A stretch of DNA of 62,860 nt, filler included, from Octopus bimaculoides (taxonomy: Eukaryota): NCBI RefSeq assembly GCF_001194135.2. It is 2 parts of 2 records of this genome, joined end to end, with 100 filler letters (N's around TTAATTAATTAA, not from the genome) between each part and the next. Parts side by side here need not be neighbours in the genome. Positions count along the whole stretch, not along the records: positions 31,286 to 62,860 come from NC_068981.1; 1 more part is not named here. One strand, written 5' to 3'. Shown piece after piece: positions 50,063 to 59,686 of the stretch. Position 1 is the stretch's first letter, and each line of letters begins with the position of its first letter. Below the pieces are notes generated by a model. The model was not told the DNA's origin, made no database searches, and saw only the letters and a list, made by a program, of their open reading frames with translations. The position numbers and the translations under genes were made by a program.

Positions 50063-50307
50063 AAAAAAGAAAAAAACATTTCATAGAGAAAATATTTAAA
50101 GATCTCTGAAATGAACATGTAAAGTGCACAAATAACTGAATATAATAAAGTACACATGATTAGCTGCCTCTTTCGTATTACATAGCAATAGGGAGGCGAG
50201 TTTCTATTAACACTGGGACAAGTGTGTATGAGTTTTAACTGAAATATTTCTGGATTTGTTGGAATGATTAATAATTTATGCCATAAAGAAACTTGTTTCC
50301 TTGAAAT

Positions 50308-50540
50308 GCGGCGAGCTGGCAGAAATGTTAGCACGCCGGGCGAAATGCTTAGCAGTATTTTGTCTGCCGTTACGTTCTGAGTTCAAAATTCCGCCGAGGT
50401 CGACTTTGCCTTTCATCCTTTCGGGGTCGATAAATTAAGTACCAGTTACGTACTGGGGTGGATGTAATAGACTTAATCCCTTTGTCTGTCTTTGTTTGTC
50501 CCCTCTATGTTTAGCCCCTTGTGGGCAATAAAGAAATAAG
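50308..50540 (+). mobile_element. Full-length SINE (aaggcggcgagctgg family)
   Basis: Complete head to tail; flanks aaacttgtttccttgaa and aaactgttttcttgaa resemble a decayed TSD. Confidence 0.9.
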
Positions 50541-51019
50541 AAACTGTTTTCTTGAATATCTGTGTCCTAAACTTGTGTGGTAAACCAGCCCCCTAGAGAA
50601 TATATACTTAGGCATGAATATTCAGGCAAAACAGTGCATTGGGATGTTAAGCCAAATCCATTCATTTGTAGTGATGTAAAAGTGATATAGAAACAAGCCA
50701 GATGCTGCCAGGGTGAATGATTATTACTGGAATTTATGGGATTTTTCCAAAGAAACTGATTATATCACTAAAGTAAGGAAGTGAAATATGATCGTAGAAC
50801 TTAGGAAGAACAGCGTAAGATCATAGACTTTGCGATCATCATATGAGATGAAAGTGGATATCAATGAAACTAAGAAAATTGAGAATTATCAAAACTTAGT
50901 CTGACAGATGGAAAGAGTGAAACATTAGTGAGAAAACTGTTCCTGCGATAATCAGTGCAGTCAGGTTAACAGCCAAGAAAAAACAACAGTGGAAAACCAG
51001 TGTTTGTGTGTGTGCGTGC

Positions 51020-51062
<43 letters not shown>

Positions 51063-51159
51063 TGTCTGCCTATATATGTATCTATCGGTCTATCTATCTA
51101 TCTATCTATATATCTACCTAGCTAGCTAGCTATATATATATATATATATATACATTAGA

Positions 51160-51835
51160 AGGTTTGGAGATGTTGTACAGGTATTATATATTAGAAAAAA
51201 TAATAAGATAGTCAGAGATCTGGATGGTTGAACATTTACAGATTTTTATTAATATGTTACATGTTTTTATAAATCATATAATAGCGCTTTCATCTACCCG
51301 AATAGATTCTTCAGATTTAAATTTTTTTGTAGGGATTCGTCTCTCTTTATAGCATTGTTGAGTTTGTAGGATGGAGAGAGAGAGGGTGAGAAGAAAGTAA
51401 TGTTGGGTGTATAGGATAGTAAAAGAGGGTGAGGAATGGGGAGAAAGTGAAAGAGAGTGTGTGTGTGTGTTTGTGTGTGTATGTGTATGTGTGTGTGTGT
51501 ACCTGTGTATCTGAAAGGAGTGTCAATGGAAAAGAGAAGGAAAGAAAGAAGGAAGAGAGAAAGAAGAAAAGATGTGTTTACAGCTAGTCAGTTCTTTCAA
51601 TAGAAGATGACAAGTTGATTCTTGGTCTTTAAAAATGGCAAAACCAGGTGGCTACTCCAAGGGTTGGGGGTCTGTTTTGATGAGGAATAATAAAAGTTAT
51701 TTTTCAAAAGTTATTATTCCTCAACAAAACAGATTCCCCCTCTATTACAGTAGATGAAAGCGCTATTTTATAATTTATAAAAAAACATGTGACATATTAA
51801 TACAATTCTGTAACTGTACAACCATCCACTGAGTA
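51160..51835 (-). mobile_element. PLE-derived non-coding remnant with inverted pLTR arms
   Basis: Arms 51222-51297 and 51750-51827 are inverted copies (about 85% by eye); the left arm runs into a hammerhead core. Confidence 0.6.
51276..51320 (-). ncRNA. Minimal hammerhead-ribozyme-like motif
   Basis: CUGAAGA-AUCUA(UUCGGG)UAGAU-GAAA-GCGC-UA: canonical core, perfect 5-bp stem II, palindromic stem III AGCGCU; stem I is weak. Confidence 0.72.
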
Positions 51836-51845
51836 NNNNNNNNNN

Positions 51846-51887
<42 letters not shown>

Positions 51888-52016
51888 AATCAATATTGAA
51901 GGAAAAGAAGATGGTAAAAAAAAATGGATGTATGCATAATTTATTTGTATGTTATAGAATGTGGAAAATTTCCTTTAAAAAGCATAAACTTGAAGAATTC
52001 CTACCCTATATAGTTA

Positions 52017-53021
52017 GAATATGATACTAACCTGAAAAGTGTAGATTTTTTAGCTGTAAATTTGGATTTACAGTCGGATAAATTCAAACCTTACCGCAAG
52101 CCTAGTGATAAGCTAACTTATATTAGCAAAGAATCCAATCATCCGTCAGCTATTCTTAGGAACTTAGTCAGTAATGTAGGTAGACGAATATCGTCAATTT
52201 CTTCGGATGAGGCAGCATTCCAAAATGCCGCACCTTATTACAATAGCGCATTAAGGAATAGTGGATTCTCTGAGAAGATCCAGTAGAACCAATTTAATGC
52301 TAGCAGTAATGCTACACGTAGAACTAGGACTAGAAAGGTTTTGTGGTTTAACTCAGTTTTCAATATGGCCATAAAAACAAATATAGGTAGGAAATTCTTA
52401 AAATTAGTCTCCAGACATTTTCAACCTGACCATAAGTTTTATAGAATATTTAACAGAAGAACGCTTAATATGAGCTGTTCTTGCTACAAAAACTTCGCCT
52501 CTTTTATTAGCCAACACAACTGAAGGATAATTGCAAGTAATCATAGTGCCGATTCTCTTCTTAAAAACTGCAATTGCAAAGATGGGACCTCTTGTCCGTT
52601 GGAAGGAAAATGTCTGGAGAAAGGAATCGTGTATAGAGCCAAGGTGCTGATAGAAAGCTCACGCGAATATAGAACTTATATAGGGGCTTCTGAAGATTCT
52701 TTCAAAACCCGATTTTATTCGCACAGAAATTCCGTCAGATACCCCGAAAATAGGAAGAAGACCAGCCTGGCAAAATATGTCTGGGAATTAACAGAAAAAG
52801 AAGCCTGACCTTTCAACGTGACATGGAGTATTTTAGATAGAGCTGCACCTTACAGGCACGGTGCACATAGAAGAACCATCAAATATGATTTATGCCTGCT
52901 GGAAAAATATTTTCTTTTATTCCGGGACAATAACTCTTTAAATCAATGACACGCACTCTTGAATACCTGCAGACACGCGACTAAATTTAAAATGTCGGCT
53001 AGCAACATACCATATGGATAG
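52017..53021 (+). pseudogene. PLE (Naiad-like) RT-thumb plus GIY-YIG ORF, 5'-truncated, single frame with 4 internal stops
   Basis: VDFLAVNLDL..KFKPYRKPSD...ESNHPSAIL...WFNS...CNCKDGTSCPLEGKCLEKGIVYRAKV...TYIGASEDSFKTRFYSHRNS...TSLAKYVWEL...LCLLEKYF...LLNTCRH. No frameshift; stops TAG, TGA, TGA, TGA. Confidence 0.92.
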
Positions 53022-54353
53022 TGTATATATTTTGATTCTTGGACTAGTTTTTAATCGCACTGTTGGATTTGTTTCTTATAATACATGATTTATTTCGCAT
53101 CGCAAAGTTATTGTATATATTTCGCCATATTTCTTAAGAAAAACCTTCGACTGTTATATGCAAATATTATTTTCTTGTTTAAGATTCTACTTTTATTTTA
53201 TTTTATTTCATTTTATTGTATTTTATAAACACATTTTAATCGTTTAATTTATAGATAATTCGATATAGGGTATTCTATTTTGCATGTCTTTTATCTGAAT
53301 TTTATTATTATGCACTCAGCAATTTTTTAAAGAATGTTGTTTGTATGTATGCGTCTATGTATGCGGCTATGTATATATGTAAGTTATCGTGTATGTTTAT
53401 ACTTGTGCACATAAATACATGGATGTATATGTATGCATGTATTCACTTATATTTGTGTGGATGTGTATTTACGTACGTATTTCCTTATATTGATATATGT
53501 GATCTTATACGTTTATTTATGCTAATATACACTTTTGTATGCACATGCATACGTAATTGTATTTTATGTACGTTCGTTACACATATTCAGCCACCTATCT
53601 TTGTTTGTTTGTTTGTTTGTTTGTTTGTTTGTTTCTTTCTTTCTTTCTTTCCTTCTTTCCTTCTTTCTTTCTTTACCTTTCCTTACGGAAAGTATTTTTT
53701 CTCCCCTATTCGTTACTTGTATAGAGTCCTTTAACTTTGCGCTCCTCTCCCTTCCTCTCACTTACCACTTTCTCTCGCTAACTGTTACATCTAAGATCCT
53801 TCCTTTTCTTTTTCTTTCCCCCTCTCTGCGTTTTAAAATTTACATCTCGTCTATATGTATACACCAAGTGATTTTTGCATGCGAGCATGATTGCATACGT
53901 ATGTATATATATATGTATATGTGTATTTGAGTGTATATTTACGTTTTACATATATATATCTGTATATGTATGTAGTCTGTGTACATCCATCTGTGTATTT
54001 TGATGTATGTATGTATGTATGTATGTATATTGATGGTTTAGTATGCGTATATACTGTTGTAAAATATTTATATAATGCAGCATGAAAATTTTAATTTTAA
54101 TTAACATTTTTAATGTATTTATTGAATTATGTTTCGTATATAATTATTTGCAATATGTATTTTGAAACCGCTCTTCGATTTAAGGTTTTCGTCGATTTTT
54201 ATAATAGGATCAATTTATATAGAATTCATTCATTTTGTTTATATTGTTCATTGCATGCTTGAGACCGTTAAGTGAATGGATCAATGAACAAATCCATATT
54301 TAAAGGTGTATCCTTTAACTAGTTTTGATCATATCGTTATTTCTGTTCTATTT

Positions 54354-54408
54354 TAACAAAACTGACCGACGAACGGGAACGTGAAACTCAGAGTAACAGC
54401 TTTTGTTA
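54354..54408 (+). ncRNA. Type I hammerhead-ribozyme-like motif with CCGACGA core
   Basis: UAACAAAACUGA-CCGACGA-ACG(GGAA)CGU-GAA-ACU(CAG)AGU-A-ACAGCUUUUGUUA: long stem I, GNRA-capped stem II, GUA cleavage triplet. Confidence 0.72.
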
Positions 54409-54489
54409 TATTTCTGGTGCTTTTAAATAAAGTATATATATNNNNNNNNNNNNNNNNNNNNNNNNNNNNNNNNNNNNNNNNNNNNNNNN

Positions 54490-54920
54490 GAAAAAGATAA
54501 AGAGACCAATGGCAAAGTTAGAATTATATTTTATGGATAAAGTCTTACAGCTGCTTCAGGGAAAATTCAATGTATCCCTTCATCGGAGACGGTGAGAGTA
54601 GAAGAATGGAGTATTACATCTATAAGAGATGATTTGTAGTAAGAAGTGAGAGCGATGCGTAGAAGAAAGAACAAAGAAGAAAAAGTACTTGGGGTATAGT
54701 TCTATTCCAACAGTAAACATCCATGTAATGAATCCTTGTGGGTATTTTCCGGAGATAATTGTAGTTGCAAAGGTGGATATATATCATATCGTATCCAGTG
54801 TACTCTGTGCGTTGTTTACTTAAAGGGTAGTCCGAATCGAGTGAGAGATGTGTGTAGGATTAAGAGGTCAAGCCATAAGACAGGAAGTAAGGGTCTTAAG
54901 GCTAACACACGCTAATACAC
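54490..54920 (-). mobile_element. Decayed PLE 3' end
   Basis: Hammerhead-like tail at 54542-54590; the upstream sequence is only weakly GIY-YIG-like. Confidence 0.45.
54542..54590 (-). ncRNA. Degenerate hammerhead-like motif with CCGAUGA core
   Basis: GUCU-CCGAUGA-A-GGGA(12 nt)UCCC-U-GAAG-CAGCUG-UA-AGAC: stems I and II pair and stem III is palindromic; A15.1 is altered. Confidence 0.55.
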
Positions 54921-55098
54921 GACCTATGTTATATTCCCCACTCATGTTGCTACAACGACAGGGGCAAAACTAGTCGGTATACAGCACTTACTCAGTATTG
55001 CCTTCATAACCTTTATATATATATATATATGAACCACATACAACCTGTATTTCAATGACACCTAGGTCATTATAATAGCACTGTTTTTCTCTAATTAG

Positions 55099-55231
55099 AG
55101 TTAGCTCCCTTACATTGCACCGCCGGCAGACCCCCAGGAGTCACAGGTACATGGAAGACATGGCACTGAATAACCATGAGACCACAGGTCCAACTATCTT
55201 ATATTCTTCATCCACCTCGCAACGGACATAA
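55099..55231 (+). CDS. Candidate exon (strand ambiguous)
   Basis: Acceptor ctgtttttctctaattAG; frame VSSLTLHRRQTPRSHRYMEDMALNNHETTGPTILYSSSTSQRT*, or a 48-nt exon ending CAG|GTACAT. The minus strand also has a strong donor (AAT|GTAAGG at 55113). Confidence 0.2.
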
Positions 55232-55526
55232 CGAACTGTTGTGAACCCAACTATAATGTAAGGCACTCGAATCTTTGATCTTCTCTTTTCTGATGTAGCC
55301 ATTGATCTTCCGCTCTTCTTCTCTCTATCTTTGACTTCTTCGTTCTGAAGATGTCTACCACTGGCAACGAGGCAAAAATATAGATGTATATTTTCGTCAC
55401 CATGGTAAATAGAAACGATCGTAAACAACTTCACTCTCACTCTCACCTTTATTTAGTAATTAAATTATGGCTTACTAGCGCCAAAGATACACTTCTGTTT
55501 GTTATTTTTCCTCCATTTTCTTCTCG

Positions 55527-55581
<55 letters not shown>

Positions 55582-56054
55582 GCATATATATATATATATA
55601 TATATATATGCATACTTAGTGTGTGTGTATCCAATTTCCTCGTATGTGTTACCTATGTGTACAGGAGCATGTGTAATAAGGTACGTACGTATGTAGGTAT
55701 GTATGTACGTATGTAGGTATGTATGTACGTATGTATGTATGTATGTGTGGGCGTGTATGTGTGTGCGTGCATTTTGTGTTTGAATCTTCACAACCAAGGG
55801 TGGTTTACTTATATTCCAAATAACATAGAATTTCGACAAATCGATTGAATAAGCAGCAGATCATATTTAAATACAAGGAGTTGGCTTAATCGAGTTAATG
55901 CTCTAGAATGGCGGCGATTCAGTGACAGAAACAGGCAAATAGAAGAGCAAAAGTGTGTATTTATCTTAATGTTATGAAGTAACTAGTTTCTATTTTCCTT
56001 TCCTTTTAGCATTAATGATATGACACTATATTAATACTTATATTTTTATCTAAG

Positions 56055-56215
56055 GAGGCGAGCTGGCGGAATCGTTACAACGCCGACCAAAATGCTTAGC
56101 AGTATCTCGTCTGTCTTTACGTTCTGAGTTCAAATGCAGTTGACGTCAAGCTTGCCGTTCATTCTTTCGAAGTCGATAAAATAAGGAACAGTTGAGCACT
56201 GGGGTTGATGACACA
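56055..56215 (+). mobile_element. SINE (aaggcggcgagctgg family), 3'-truncated
   Basis: ggaggcgagctggcggaatcgtt head and gagttcaaat B box. Confidence 0.8.
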
Positions 56216-56474
56216 CGTACCACACACATCACACACACGCACAAACATATACAATTACTCACCCCAAACGCACACACACACGCAATGACTTACACACACC
56301 ACACACGCATCCACATACACTCACATCACACACACAAGTACACATCACACACACCTCACACACGCACAAATTCACAAACACACACTACACGCATACAAAC
56401 TTTCTTATATATATGTGTGTATATATATATGTATATATGTATATATATATATATATCTATATATATATCTAATA

Positions 56475-56509
<35 letters not shown>

Positions 56510-57888
56510 NNNNNNNNNNNNNNNNNNNNNNNNNNNNNNNNNNNNNNNNNNNNNNNNNNNNNNNNNNNNNNNNNNNNNNNNNNNNNNNNNNNNNNNNNNN
56601 NNNNNNNNNNNNNNNNNNNNNNNNNNNNNNNNNNNNNNNNNNNNNNNNNNNNNNNNNNNNNNNNNNNNNNNNNNNNNNNNNNNNNNNNNNNNNNNNNNNN
56701 NNNNNNNNNNNNNNNNNNNNNNNNNNNNNNNNNNNNNNNNNNNNNNNNNNNNNNNNNNNNNNNNNNNNNNNNNNNNNNNNNNNNNNNNNNNNNNNNNNNN
56801 NNNNNNNNNNNNNNNNNNNNNNNNNNNNNNNNNNNNNNNNNNNNNNNNNNNNNNNNNNNNNNNNNNNNNNNNNNNNNNNNNNNNNNNNNNNNNNNNNNNN
56901 NNNNNNNNNNNNNNNNNNNNNNNNNCACACACACACGCACACACACACGCGCACGCACACACACACACACATACACACACATATATATAAGTATGTATGT
57001 ATGTATGTATGTATGTATGTATGTATGTATGTATGCATGCATGCATACATGTATGGATGGATGGATGTGTTATCAATTCAGGAAATGCCAAATCTGTTCA
57101 TATAATTAGTTTTAGTTATATAACACTTTCAGTTTCTAAAGTATGAAGAGGAAGCGAAACGACTCGGATCCTCCATAGGGCAACAGCATGCCGCACATAA
57201 CCTTTCCTCAAACCAAAGTATCCAAAGGAAGGTTATAGTGAAATCAACGTTTATAGTTGGAGTATTATACTGCTTTGTAATATCTGTTCAGTCTAAGTGG
57301 ATTCAGTCATAAAAACCATAAGTGACTTCACTGCAAGCAAAATTTTAAGCCAGTGACAGAATACAAATAATCGAATTATCGATTATTATCACGTTCCCTA
57401 CCAAAATGTTATTCAAGCTCTAACGTATACCCGATAAAATACGACTTTAGTTAGAATAGCTAGGAAAATAGCTATGCAAAGATCCATTTTATTTTGTAAT
57501 ACTCGATCAATTTAATCTATTTTATATTCTGCATGTCTCCATGCATTTGTTTTGAATCAAAATAATTTTTGTTAAAGAATAAAGAATATATGTTTTTTTC
57601 TTCTTTCTTTTTTTTTGATAAGCATAGATATGGTCTTTTTATTTTTCAGTAGACTCAGCGTAGACAGAGAGTTGAATTTTTTTCTTGTTTCTTCTCGGCA
57701 AATATATGAAGGGTAAATATTGTATATAAAAATGGCAAATATTATTTGTGTCATTTATGTATTTGAAATGTAGATTGGTTTGTAAGTGACGTCAAACAAC
57801 GAAACATACAAATCGAAGCCAGGTTGCAATTGCAGCTCGATAGGAATCCAGTATTTATTTCATGTTACAAGATATACATGCACACACA

Positions 57889-57890
<2 letters not shown>

Positions 57891-57972
<82 letters not shown>
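57891..57972. repeat. (CA)n microsatellite, one of dozens of TA/CA/GT/CT/TATG tracts
   Basis: Directly visible. Comparable tracts at about 4277-4351, 14729-14782, 18524-18599, 21084-21150 and 55534-55577. Confidence 0.95.
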
Positions 57973-57979
<7 letters not shown>

Positions 57980-58069
57980 ATACACACACATACAGACACG
58001 CACATATATATACACATACACACACAAATATATATATATGTTACAAAATATAATATATATGTATACATG

Positions 58070-58366
58070 AATACAGGCATTCCGTCGTTTACGACGATGA
58101 GTGTTCCAGTTGATCCAACCAAAGGAACAACTTGTGATATTAACGTGCAAGTGATTGAGCACTCCAGAGACACTAGCACCCTTCACGTAGTTCAGGGTGA
58201 GACAATCCTGGCCCTTTGAAATACAGGTATTACTCATTTTTTGGCAAGCTAAGTAGACAGAAGCAATGCAAAGTAAGGTGTCTTCATCAGGACACAATGC
58301 GTTGTCGGGTATTGAATTCATGACCTTACGATCGTGAGGCGAATAGTCGTAACGACAAAGACGCAC
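58070..58366 (-). mobile_element. Decayed tRNA-derived SINE
   Basis: Antisense B-box-like gggtattgaattc and a tail related to the 24270-24332 end (ttccagttgatcc). Confidence 0.6.
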
Positions 58367-58368
58367 TT

Positions 58369-58419
58369 AATATGCATATATGTTGAATATGCATATATGT
58401 TGAATATGCATATATGTTG
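58369..58419. repeat. 17-bp tandem repeat x3 (aatatgcatatatgttg)
   Basis: Three exact units. Confidence 0.95.
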
Positions 58420-58448
58420 AAACAGAATGTTTATCTCTAGACTCGATA

Positions 58449-58671
58449 TACGATAGTATGTTGAAAAGTTCCTGGCTCTGAATAAAAGAAAATACAGGAA
58501 GATCAGTATATTTCGATTTTATTCAACATATTCCCCTTTCAGATTCACACACTTATTGAAGCGGTCGTTCAGTTTTTCTAAGCCCTGTAAAGAAACTCGG
58601 AAGTTTTAGCCTCCAGCAAGAGGTTTTTTGAGATAATCTTTAAGCCAGGAAATTTTCAGCACCTCCTCGTA
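58449..58671. mobile_element. mariner-type MITE (sister of 39741-39954)
   Basis: TA|cgatagtatgttgaaaagttcctggct ... agccaggaaattttcagcacctcctcg|TA. Confidence 0.85.
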
Positions 58672-58833
58672 TAATATATATGTGTGTGTGCGTGTGTGTG
58701 TGTGTGTTTATGTGTGTGTGTGTGTTTNNNNNNNNNNNNNNNNTGTGTGTGTGTGTGTGTTTATGTGTGTGTGTGTGTTTATGTGTGTGTGTGTGTTTCT
58801 GTGTGTGTGTGTGTTTATGTGTGTGAGTGTGTT

Positions 58834-58879
<46 letters not shown>

Positions 58880-59004
58880 CGTAGTAAACACACCCATAGC
58901 AAATTTAACCATTTCTGTGTGGGTTGAAAGAAAGACTTTAATTTATTTTTGAACCCTATTAAGTTCTCAATGGAGGTATTTCCAAGAGAAATAACCAGTC
59001 AAAC

Positions 59005-59425
59005 TACAGGGTAGGGCAGAGAGAACGAACGTTTTTGAAAACATTACAAAGTCATTAATTTTAACTGCAAGCAAATTTCATTGACATCAATGTGTTTGTA
59101 TTAAATTAGTATTTGTTAGAATTAAGTGTGAAAAACAACATTTATGATATGGTGTCCGTTTTCTTTGATGCATTTCTGAAGGTGTTCTTAGAAGTTGGCG
59201 TCCACTCCCGCCATCATTGCTTTGTGGATCTGGACGACTTCCACGCGAATCGCTTCCTTCAAATCGTCCAAGGCTTAAGCGCATACACACGTGCCATGAG
59301 GTTTCCCACAAGAAATAATCATACATAGACAAATTAGGGGACTGAGAGGGCCAAGGAATATCAGCAAACCTGGAAATGAGGCGGTCACAGAAGAGAGGGC
59401 AAAGAAAGTCCATTGATACATACTT
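59005..59425 (-). mobile_element. Tc1/mariner-superfamily transposase 3' fragment with terminal TIR
   Basis: RLISRFADIPWPSQSPNLSMYDYFLW (cf. WPPRSPDLSPCDFFLW) and LDDLKEAIRVEV...KCIKENGHHI; end TA|cagggtagggc. Confidence 0.85.
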
Positions 59426-59624
59426 GGAAGTACATTTATATATGTATTAACACACGCGCGCACGCACGCTAACACGCACACGCACGCTAACACGCACACG
59501 CACGCTAACACGCACACAGACACACACATACATGCACGCGCTCACGCACATACACAAACAAACAGACACAAGCATATAGATACATCCATATATATATATA
59601 TATGGGAGAATATACAAAAAATAA

Positions 59625-59686
59625 CAACAGACGAGGACAGGTGGTGTAAATAACAAAAGTATATATTAGTATGACGCTCGGGAATA
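59625..59686 (-). mobile_element. PLE pLTR tip abutting a gap
   Basis: gaggacaggtggtgtaaataacaaaagtatatattagtatgacgctcgggaa is similar to 31313-31368. Confidence 0.6.

Larger units (their letters stand above)
52017..54435 (+). mobile_element. Naiad-like PLE including a long AT-rich 3' region ending in a hammerhead and AATAAA
   Basis: The ORF above plus the hammerhead at 54354-54408 and aataaa at about 54426. Linkage of ORF and tail across 1.3 kb is inferred. Confidence 0.6.

Noticed and set aside
52017-53200. Selenoprotein-encoding Naiad (three in-frame TGA)
   Set aside because: The TGAs are not at conserved Cys positions, the knuckle cysteines are TGC/TGT, a TAG is also present, and I found no convincing SECIS stem after the stop.
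59455-59515. 18-bp x3 repeat (cacgcacgctaacacgca) and similar 16-20-bp periodicities at 55680-55740 and 58744-58860
   Set aside because: Higher-order slippage products of CA/TATG microsatellites with no independent significance.
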